Shown here piece after piece: positions 29,051 through 36,974 of a DNA stretch of 64,000 nucleotides. The position numbers and the translations under genes are program-made. The DNA is from Escherichia phage vB_EcoM_Goslar. A model generated the notes under the pieces. It was not told the origin of the DNA, searched no databases, and worked only from the letters and a program-made list of their open reading frames with translations. Positions within the stretch are counted from its first letter, which is position 1; each line of letters begins with the position of its first letter. The stretch lies in the sequence record NC_048170.1, one strand, 5' to 3'.

Positions 29051-30340
29051 TTATGCTTTTTCGGTTACAGCATCGAAGTATTTCGCTGCAGCAAATACGG
29101 CATCCGCATATTGACGGTTAGCAACACGGAGGATCTTAGCTGCTAATACCGCACTCAAGAGCGCCATTTCAGAAATGGCGCTTATATAAGGGCGAACGGT
29201 TTCACGATCTGCTTCCGGTAGATTGTCGAGCATACCGTCCCATTTGGTTTTAATTTTCATACCGTTCAGTTTAGCGGTACGTTCGACAGTACTCGTTAAA
29301 CTTTCCGTCTGGTTAAAATACGCAGGGTCAACAATACGAAACGCGTTAAGATACGAAGTCAGTGCGGCTTTCAATTCGTCGTCGTTATTGAAAATGTTCG
29401 CGTTTTCGATACTACCAGTCGCGGTTTCTTCCACTTCGATCTGAATATTCTTCACGAGCGCGCAGGCCTTAATGGTATCTTTCTCAGCCATAAGAGCGTC
29501 AAGACCTTTAACAACATATCGTTTCCCACCGCTTTCTGGTATTTTGAGTCCTTTTAACGCGGGCTTGATGGCGTAAATATAGTCGTCCAGAATATCGGCA
29601 AGTGTCGTCAAATCGGTTAGTTTATTAACTTTCTTGTTAATGTCGTCGGTTTGGAGTAGTAAAAAAGAGGATGCTTGTGTGGATGCCGCTAACTGCTCAA
29701 TATGTTTACGGACCTCCAACGCGTTAACTGTTTTTGCGTTAGGGAACATGCTAATCATATTCCCGGTCGGTTTATTTAGTTGTTTGATGTGACGCTCGCC
29801 TTTATTTACAGCGGTTGCAACATCGGTAATTTTTTTATACGCTACCGCAAGGTTTTTGAAAAGCAGCTGAATCAGTTTACATAACTGTTCAGCCATGTTC
29901 GCAATGATTACCCAAACTGCGTATAGCGCTTGTGCTGCGCGTTCTTTAAAGCCTTCCAGTACGATAGCCTGCCCTTCCACCAAACGATCGTCAGCTTGGA
30001 ACATGTCTTCATCAGACATCCCCAGGTTAGCTGCTGACGTCGAAGCAATCTGGCGGATAAGGGCGATGTCGCTCGCACGTGCTTCAGGGATCGTAGGTGC
30101 GATCATGTACGCGGTATCTTCCAGCGTTGCTGAGGTACGCACCGCAATTTCAGCCAGTTCGCTGGATTCGTCGATCGTCTCGTCGGTGCGTCGAATCACC
30201 AACTCAACTTCGTCCTCTTCAATTTCTGCGTTAGGATCGTTCTGCTCCGCTGGAATTGCCGCAAGAAGATCTTCGGCGCTGAGCAGTGCGAGTTCGAATG
30301 CGTTTTTATTGACGTTATCAAAAAGAGAAATGCGGGCCAT
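29051..30340 (-). CDS. head/internal protein paralog (family member B, 429 aa)
   Basis: ORF track; ATG with AAGGAA upstream; TIPEARASDIALIRQIASTSAANLGM and VLEGFKE motifs aligned with gene 30350..31666. Confidence 0.8.
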   Translation of the reverse strand: MARISLFDNVNKNAFELALLSAEDLLAAIPAEQNDPNAEIEEDEVELVIRRTDETIDESSELAEIAVRTSATLEDTAYMIAPTIPEARASDIALIRQIASTSAANLGMSDEDMFQADDRLVEGQAIVLEGFKERAAQALYAVWVIIANMAEQLCKLIQLLFKNLAVAYKKITDVATAVNKGERHIKQLNKPTGNMISMFPNAKTVNALEVRKHIEQLAASTQASSFLLLQTDDINKKVNKLTDLTTLADILDDYIYAIKPALKGLKIPESGGKRYVVKGLDALMAEKDTIKACALVKNIQIEVEETATGSIENANIFNNDDELKAALTSYLNAFRIVDPAYFNQTESLTSTVERTAKLNGMKIKTKWDGMLDNLPEADRETVRPYISAISEMALLSAVLAAKILRVANRQYADAVFAAAKYFDAVTEKA

Positions 30341-30349
30341 GTTAGTTCC

Positions 30350-31666
30350 TTAACCTTTGGTATAAGCGTTAACGAGAGTGTTGATAAATGAAGTCAGTGC
30401 GCGAAGATACTGGTAAGCGAATTGGTTTTCAATACGGTTCTCTTTACCGCAAAGCAGAATCGCACGCTTAACGAGTTTAGGATAGATCTCGACATACGGT
30501 TGGTAGCTTGCATCAAAATTCTGCTCGTTGAAGCGTTTCATGGTGATTTCCTGGATACGCTCCATGGTGCGAATTTTATTGCGAGAGAATATCTCAGAGA
30601 AAGCACGTCCGCGTTTTGTTACCATCAACAAATCTTTCGCGAACGTCAGTTGTCGAACGCTACGTAATTCGTCAGGTGTTGGCAGGACATACGTTTCTGG
30701 ATCGTTATCCCATTCAACATCTTCAACGATAATATCCAAGTCGAGGTAACGTTTAACAGCATCGATGATGTTGTCTTTTGACGCATCGAATTCTTTCAAG
30801 AAGACTGCGCCGTTGATGTAGCGGATGCGTTTCCCAGAAACTGTTGGGGTGATAACATCAGCACCTTCCACGGAACCGCGATTTTCCAGTGTCGATTTGA
30901 CAGCGTGCAAGAAAGACAGATAATCAACAGGAAGTTTTTCAACCTTATCTAAATGGAAGTCGATGATGTTTAATCCTAACCCATCAATAACTGAATAGCC
31001 GTCCGATTTAAGGAACATCTGATTGAAGGTATCGATGTTGCTTTTCAGCGTGTCTACGCCACCAACGCTGTTACGGTTAGGGAAAAGTGTCCGCCACTCC
31101 GCTTTAAACGCAACCTCTTTATTTTCCTCGTATTTGCCTTTAGGCATTTGTTCGAGGTCTGCAACGGCTTTCTGAAAATTGCGCGTCTCGTCGTAAACAA
31201 GACGGGTAAGCTTCTCGAAGGCTGCTGCCAAGGTCAGGGCAATATCAACAATGATATCCCAGATCTTTTTCATGGCTTTTACAACGGTGTCCTTAAACCC
31301 CTCAACAACCAAAGCTTCTCCAACCTCAACACGATCGGTTGGCGTCAGCAATGCTTCGGAGGGTAGACCCAGAGCAATCGACGCGGATTCTTGAACGTTA
31401 CGAACCAACGCAACATCACTGTAGTTAGCCGATTCGATAGTCGGAGCAACATCAAAACTGATTTCCCGTAATGCAGCAACAGCAGGGAAAGCACGATCAA
31501 GCGCATCTTCATGTTCGTCGATTGCCGCCAAACGTAATTCGACGCCATCGGCATCGATGACTTCAGCGGCAGGCTCCACAGCAAGCGCCTCAGCAACAAT
31601 AGGATCTTTTTCAAACGCCTCAAGGCTGATATCGCCTTGGGTCGCAAATAGCGGTATGTGTACCAT
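30350..31666 (-). CDS. head/internal protein paralog (family member A, about 438 aa)
   Basis: ORF track frame; track start is TTG, ATG at 31666 has GGAG 8 nt upstream; TIESANYSDVALVRNVQESASIALGL and VVEGFKD motifs. Confidence 0.8.
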   Translation of the reverse strand: MVHIPLFATQGDISLEAFEKDPIVAEALAVEPAAEVIDADGVELRLAAIDEHEDALDRAFPAVAALREISFDVAPTIESANYSDVALVRNVQESASIALGLPSEALLTPTDRVEVGEALVVEGFKDTVVKAMKKIWDIIVDIALTLAAAFEKLTRLVYDETRNFQKAVADLEQMPKGKYEENKEVAFKAEWRTLFPNRNSVGGVDTLKSNIDTFNQMFLKSDGYSVIDGLGLNIIDFHLDKVEKLPVDYLSFLHAVKSTLENRGSVEGADVITPTVSGKRIRYINGAVFLKEFDASKDNIIDAVKRYLDLDIIVEDVEWDNDPETYVLPTPDELRSVRQLTFAKDLLMVTKRGRAFSEIFSRNKIRTMERIQEITMKRFNEQNFDASYQPYVEIYPKLVKRAILLCGKENRIENQFAYQYLRALTSFINTLVNAYTKG

Positions 31667-31714
31667 GTGTTGTCTCCAGTAATGATTCAAAAGATAAACC
31701 TGAGCGGCATAGAA

Positions 31715-31746
31715 CCCTCTCCCAACCCGTGAGGGAAGGGAGAGGG
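31715..31746. terminator. GC-rich hairpin ccctctccc-aa-ccc-GTGA-ggg-aa-gggagaggg
   Basis: Perfect stems with GNRA loop; 3' of stop of gene 31769..33091; followed on minus strand by ggttctatgccg. Confidence 0.6.
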
Positions 31747-31768
31747 AATATGTCAGTTTATTAACTGA

Positions 31769-33091
31769 TTACTGCTGTGCTGCGTCAGCCGGTTTCTCAG
31801 CCGCCTGGCCGCCGTACTCTTTCAGCATTTTAGCAACGCCATCCAGGACAGCGTTACCTGCCTGAACACCGTATTTCATCAGACCGGTCTGCGGGTTCAC
31901 GTAGCAGGAACGTGCGTCTTTCAGTGCAGACAGTACAGCTTGAACACGCTGTTTTTCCTGAGCGGAAACTTCGCCTTTCTTAGACAGATCGGCTTCCATA
32001 TCGTCACCGAATTTAACAGCGTCTTTGAAGCCCTGGGATTTCTTACCGATGTTGCCTTTCAGCGCCAGCAGTTTGTCAGCCAGTGCTTCAACACCGCTAA
32101 CCGCAGCAGCCAGCTGATTCAGGGACAGGACGGTAGCTTCAACTTCTTTTGCTTCGCCAGAGCGTTCCCAGGTTACTTTACCATCGTTGGCTTTGAAACC
32201 CCAACCTGCCGGACCAGCAACGTCAGCGATCGCCGGAGCGTTCAGTTTATCAGCGTACTCGGTGTGAGACTTAGCAACAACGGTACCAACGAATTTATCA
32301 GCACGATCGTCAGCAGCCTTCATTGCTTTCTCGAAGGTGTCGGCGATTTTAGTTGCGCCGGTAACCAGATCGTCGCCACCGATGTAGCCTGAAACGCCGC
32401 CACCCAGTTTAACTTTGGTATTTTTAGCAGCGCCTTTACGCTTGCCGATCATTTCTTTCAGTTTAGCGGCACGTGCTTTCAGTTTGGTTGCGCCGTCGAA
32501 GATACGATCCATGAACTTCACGAAGGTTTCCCAGGAAGTTTTCAGGAAGTTCTTGATGGTTGCCCACAGTTTCTGCCACCATTTTTGTTCTTCCAGGAAG
32601 ATCATGTTGGTCGCATCGTAACGGGAAGCGGAACCACCGAAGCTTTCGAAGGACGGCATGGTTTCCGGCAGTTTGAAACCGATAGTACCACACAGACGTT
32701 TCAGATTACGCATGTGTTCCTGAGCGGTTTGTGCAGACATACCACCGTCTTTCAGGTAGCTTTCGGTTGCAACAACGGTTTCCGTCAGTTCATCCATGGC
32801 TTCATCCATGGCTTCTGCGGTTTCGTCGTCTTTTGCAATTTCGATAACAACAGCATCAACCTGCTCGATATCACCACGAACTTCGATAGCCAGTTCGGTT
32901 TCAGCTGCGGTATCTTCAGCGATTTCAGCACGTTCGGTCAGTTCAGCCACAACGGTTTCATCCGCTGGTGCAGCATCAGCTGCCGGTTCTGCTTCAACGG
33001 TTGCCGCTGCATCCGGATCGATCTCAGCAGCCAGTTGAACCAGCTGTGCGTTAGATGGATTTGCGACAAGACGATCAAAAATAGAAGGCAT
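31769..33091 (-). CDS. abundant head/internal protein paralog (family member D, 440 aa), codon-optimised
   Basis: ORF track; ATG with AAGGAAAC 8 nt upstream; highly acidic Ala/Glu/Asp-rich N-terminal 110 aa; codon usage like the 740-aa gene; ESFGG...KLWATIKNF motif. Confidence 0.85.
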   Translation of the reverse strand: MPSIFDRLVANPSNAQLVQLAAEIDPDAAATVEAEPAADAAPADETVVAELTERAEIAEDTAAETELAIEVRGDIEQVDAVVIEIAKDDETAEAMDEAMDELTETVVATESYLKDGGMSAQTAQEHMRNLKRLCGTIGFKLPETMPSFESFGGSASRYDATNMIFLEEQKWWQKLWATIKNFLKTSWETFVKFMDRIFDGATKLKARAAKLKEMIGKRKGAAKNTKVKLGGGVSGYIGGDDLVTGATKIADTFEKAMKAADDRADKFVGTVVAKSHTEYADKLNAPAIADVAGPAGWGFKANDGKVTWERSGEAKEVEATVLSLNQLAAAVSGVEALADKLLALKGNIGKKSQGFKDAVKFGDDMEADLSKKGEVSAQEKQRVQAVLSALKDARSCYVNPQTGLMKYGVQAGNAVLDGVAKMLKEYGGQAAEKPADAAQQ

Positions 33092-33116
33092 AATTTGTTT
33101 CCTTTACAATAAATTG

Positions 33117-33132
33117 CACATTAGCTAATGTG
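33117..33132. promoter_or_regulatory. perfect 16-bp palindrome CACATTAGCTAATGTG upstream of codon-optimised gene
   Basis: Exact inverted repeat 26-41 nt upstream of ATG at 33091; adjacent to hairpin 33135..33159. Confidence 0.4.
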
Positions 33133-33134
33133 GC

Positions 33135-33159
33135 TTAAGTGAACCGTCAGCTCACTTAA
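33135..33159. other. hairpin ttaagtga-N9-tcacttaa overlapping stop codon of gene 33156..33686
   Basis: 8-bp inverted repeat with 9-nt loop; no T-run follows. Confidence 0.4.
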
Positions 33160-33686
33160 AAGCCCTTAAAACCCGGTGCCATAGGTTGCCCAAACACCGC
33201 ATTCAAAGTACATATGATGTCCTGGATGCCATTGTCCCAATGGAGCCAAGTACGCACCATCTCTTCGTCTGACAACGTGATATAACTCATAAGTTTACCG
33301 CTGCTTTCCAGACGTTGGTGTGAACTTAACGACTGACGATCTGACCAGTTATCAATCAATTGACCAGCAATCTGAACGTTCGTGTCTCGTCTACCCGTGT
33401 GAATGAACCGTAGTGTATCGCGGATAAACTCCAGACTGGTGAAATTCAGATTTGGGTTATGGCTGTTCATTTCCACCCAATCGGTGATGGGGTACATCAA
33501 ACGATAAAGGGTAGAAAGAACCTGACGTTCATATTTCCAGTCATCGAGAGGAGTACCGTCGACCAGACGCTGATACAAACTAACAACGTCGCGATCGTAG
33601 TTCTCCTGGCGTTTTACGCCGTTAACCGGAAATCCGAAGAACCCGGTACCGTATAACGTTAAAGGGACGTCACGAAGTGCACTCAT
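33156..33686 (-). CDS. hypothetical protein (176 aa)
   Basis: ORF track; ATG; start overlaps upstream stop by 4 nt. Confidence 0.7.
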   Translation of the reverse strand: MSALRDVPLTLYGTGFFGFPVNGVKRQENYDRDVVSLYQRLVDGTPLDDWKYERQVLSTLYRLMYPITDWVEMNSHNPNLNFTSLEFIRDTLRFIHTGRRDTNVQIAGQLIDNWSDRQSLSSHQRLESSGKLMSYITLSDEEMVRTWLHWDNGIQDIICTLNAVFGQPMAPGFKGF

Positions 33687-34585
33687 ACAGCCGCCTCTTC
33701 TTTTCGTTTGATGTCGTAACGAAGTTTCTTCAGTCGCTCTTCGTGATATTCGATCTGTTGCTGGATTTTTGGATCGTTGCCCGCATTCTGTTGCTTTTGC
33801 TTCAGTGACAAAATCCAGTACTCCAACGCTTGGGCTTCTTCTTTGGCTGCTTGTAACGACGCTTCTTCACGTTCGCTGCGCCAGATGCGATAACGGTAAA
33901 TAAGCGTGTTGGTCATTTGAGTGTCGGACCATGAGCCCATACGCATCGGGTCAGTATTACCCGCGTTGTATAAGCCATTACCAACACCGTCTTCATCAGA
34001 AACCACAACATCCGGGATTTTATCCAACCCAGCAAGGATCTGTTGTTTCTGTCCACACAGCACCTCGGTGGCAATGGCGAAACCGTACATGTTGGCGGTT
34101 AGGTAAGCAATCTCGTTTTTGGTGAAGAACTCACCAAGTGCTTTATCACCACCCGGCATGCTTTCGCAGATGACCGTCGCACGAAGCAGCGTACGAGCGT
34201 AGCTAACGTAGAAGCCCAGGGACTCAACAAGACGTACCAGAGCGGCTTCTTTGAAACTCAGACCGTCGGCAGCAACATCGATTTCCAGGTTTTTGTTAAC
34301 ACGTTTAACAATTTCTGGAATCAGATCAACAGCATTACGTAGCGCTAAGTGAACGTTTTCTACCCAGCTTCCAGAGCGAACGCGGGTTAAACGCTGGTGC
34401 AGATCCTTATCAGCAAGTTTCCATAAGGCGCTTTCCCCTTTTTGGAGAAGCGAAGCGGATGTCTCGTAGTAAGGAATCGCGGTGTTGTTGATTTCGTCAC
34501 GGATTGATTCAAGTGCGTCAGCAACACCGGTGCGTTTAAAAAGCGGTTTCAAACCGCGAATGAATTCTTTAAAATCAATTGCCAT
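33683..34585 (-). CDS. hypothetical protein (300 aa)
   Basis: ORF track; ATG start. Confidence 0.75.
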   Translation of the reverse strand: MAIDFKEFIRGLKPLFKRTGVADALESIRDEINNTAIPYYETSASLLQKGESALWKLADKDLHQRLTRVRSGSWVENVHLALRNAVDLIPEIVKRVNKNLEIDVAADGLSFKEAALVRLVESLGFYVSYARTLLRATVICESMPGGDKALGEFFTKNEIAYLTANMYGFAIATEVLCGQKQQILAGLDKIPDVVVSDEDGVGNGLYNAGNTDPMRMGSWSDTQMTNTLIYRYRIWRSEREEASLQAAKEEAQALEYWILSLKQKQQNAGNDPKIQQQIEYHEERLKKLRYDIKRKEEAAV

Positions 34586-34624
34586 GAGTGAGCACCTATG
34601 CTATTTCGAAACAGGTTACGTGTA

Positions 34625-35731
34625 TTAACGAATCTGTGGGACGTTTCCGGTACGGAGCGCCTGGAGGATCGTCAGAAGATCGGAACCCGAAGTTGACGAA
34701 CTGTTGGATTTTTCCAGTTGCTTGAAGCTTACGGTGGTCCCTTGATCCAAGCTGTGGAAATAGAAGGTCACCATCTCTTCAGCTTCGTCGATGATGATCA
34801 ACTGCATTGCGAGGGCTTCAGCCATGACTTTCTGACGTGTGGTATAGTCAGATAAACGACGTCCGATCTTACGCTCGATGGCTTCCTGGTTAGCCTTAGA
34901 GATGATATAGGTGGAGGCGATTGCTCCAGAAGAAGGGATCTTTGTGCTCGCTGCAGCTTTTGCGGCATTGATGCGCGCAGCATTAACAGCCTTGCGGATA
35001 CCCTCTTTATCCATGCGTGAGATTCGTTTATGTTCACGAACCAGATCGCTAAGCAGGATCATATCGCTCCAGAAAGACAGCTCACCAGCCATCATGCGAT
35101 GCCAACGTGCTCGCCAGGTGTTCTGTGGGCCACCGATCGCTAAAATCGATGCAAGCACTTCCGCTGGAGAGCTTGCAATACGCATGCTGATGTTCAACGG
35201 CATTTTCATCGTTGCCTGACCATCGGTCAGCGTCACGGTTAAGAACTTGCCGGTGACCGCGTTCGCATCTTTGTTCAGCAATTCGATCGCCGCGTCGCTA
35301 GCTCCAACATCGAGGCTATTTTTTTGTTTCCCCTGCAGGTTGAATCCTTTGTCATCAAGGAAAACAAGGCTTTTGCTATCCGCACTTTCCAGCGCTAATT
35401 TGATAGCCTTATCCGTCAGATTAGCATTACGATTTGGGTTCACACGACCCAGCGTTTTATCTACACTGATGTTACCCACCTGCATGATGGTATTCAACGC
35501 CAGTAAATAGAACCCGGTATACATGTTTTCAGCGGTGCGCATGCAGTTGCCTAACGCATTGCGTGCGTCGCTATAATACAACTCACGTTCAAAGATCAAC
35601 GGCGCGATAACGCGTGAAGGTTGTGAGAGTTCAACCAGCGAACCTGGCTGGATAAGTTTATTAACTTCGTAGACTTTAGCGATACCGGACGCAACAACGT
35701 TAACAGCGTCGGCAATTTCTGATGCTACCAT
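34625..35731 (-). CDS. hypothetical protein (368 aa)
   Basis: ORF track; ATG with AAGGA upstream. Confidence 0.75.
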   Translation of the reverse strand: MVASEIADAVNVVASGIAKVYEVNKLIQPGSLVELSQPSRVIAPLIFERELYYSDARNALGNCMRTAENMYTGFYLLALNTIMQVGNISVDKTLGRVNPNRNANLTDKAIKLALESADSKSLVFLDDKGFNLQGKQKNSLDVGASDAAIELLNKDANAVTGKFLTVTLTDGQATMKMPLNISMRIASSPAEVLASILAIGGPQNTWRARWHRMMAGELSFWSDMILLSDLVREHKRISRMDKEGIRKAVNAARINAAKAAASTKIPSSGAIASTYIISKANQEAIERKIGRRLSDYTTRQKVMAEALAMQLIIIDEAEEMVTFYFHSLDQGTTVSFKQLEKSNSSSTSGSDLLTILQALRTGNVPQIR

Positions 35732-35765
35732 ATTGAAATCCTTATTTACAAATAAAGGAAAGAAA

Positions 35766-36971
35766 ATGTCTAATTACTACGACCAAGCTATTCAAACCAT
35801 TCAGGAGAATAATGCGTCGTTAACACCCGAAGCTGTGGAGGCAGCGGGCAATGCGGTGTTATTCACTGATTCGGATTGGGCAATAGCGCGGAAGAATATT
35901 CGTACCAGTGTCGGTCAAGGGACATACGAGGACAGTATCGCCAGACGGTATCGGAACGTGTCACCTATTCCAGGTAACAGCCCGATCCCGATTAACCGCG
36001 ATCATTCCGGTATTACCTTCTTTACACGACCTAATTTACATCTTACCGACGCGAACTTAAAACGAGATCGACGTTTGTGGTCGTTACGCACGGATAACCC
36101 TAACAGTATTCAGGCTGTTGTCCGCGACTACTTGGACCCTGTGGGTGCCAGAAAGCGGAACCATCGAGGACGTGCCATCGTCGATGAGCGCAATCCATTC
36201 ATAAGTATACTGACGGACAACCTGACGGATATCAGCGGTTTCAATGACATGGAAATGCAGGTCTATCAGGGTAAACCGGGATTACGCCAAGAAACCGTTG
36301 TGATGGCTGACGGTTCAGTGGATATGTTTCAACCCTATAACCTGAACGCGACGTTCAAGAACATCATGGGTAACCCCATCATGTTCCTTCATTATATTTG
36401 GTTGATTTACATCGCTGGTGTGCATAATGGCGAACTGACGCCAAGCCCTCAGGCCATCATTGATAATGAAATGGATTACTGGACAAGATGTTATCGTATC
36501 ATCTTGGATCCGACTGGGATGTATGTTCGTTATATCTTCGCGCCGACCGCGATGTTTCCGGTTGGGCTACCGATTGGTAATATGGCCAACTACAGCATCG
36601 ATAAACCCTTCACGCAAGATAACGAACGTATCACTATTCCATACCAAGCGGTTGGTAACAACGCATTTGATGAGATTCTGAAGGATGAATTCAATCGACT
36701 TGTCCTGATGTTCTATTACGGTGAGAACGATACCCGTACGTTCCTTGAAGATGAGGAGTTGGTACCTATCTCACCCTACGAGCGTCGAATCATGTCGTAT
36801 CGTGTCGATATGTATCCATTTATTCATCCGTTGACCTCAGAGCTTCTTTGGTTCGTACCCGCTGATGATTACAACGAATTCTATCTGGACCTTGAGCCGT
36901 CGGCGTTACCACCGGATACGTTCAGTCGCGATCTTGTCCGTACCACCATTCCGCAAAATTACGAGGGATAA
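35766..36971 (+). CDS. hypothetical protein (about 401 aa)
   Basis: ORF track frame; track start 35733 is TTG; ATG at 35766 has AAGGAAAG 7 nt upstream. Confidence 0.75.
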   Translation: MSNYYDQAIQTIQENNASLTPEAVEAAGNAVLFTDSDWAIARKNIRTSVGQGTYEDSIARRYRNVSPIPGNSPIPINRDHSGITFFTRPNLHLTDANLKRDRRLWSLRTDNPNSIQAVVRDYLDPVGARKRNHRGRAIVDERNPFISILTDNLTDISGFNDMEMQVYQGKPGLRQETVVMADGSVDMFQPYNLNATFKNIMGNPIMFLHYIWLIYIAGVHNGELTPSPQAIIDNEMDYWTRCYRIILDPTGMYVRYIFAPTAMFPVGLPIGNMANYSIDKPFTQDNERITIPYQAVGNNAFDEILKDEFNRLVLMFYYGENDTRTFLEDEELVPISPYERRIMSYRVDMYPFIHPLTSELLWFVPADDYNEFYLDLEPSALPPDTFSRDLVRTTIPQNYEG

Positions 36972-36974
36972 TAA

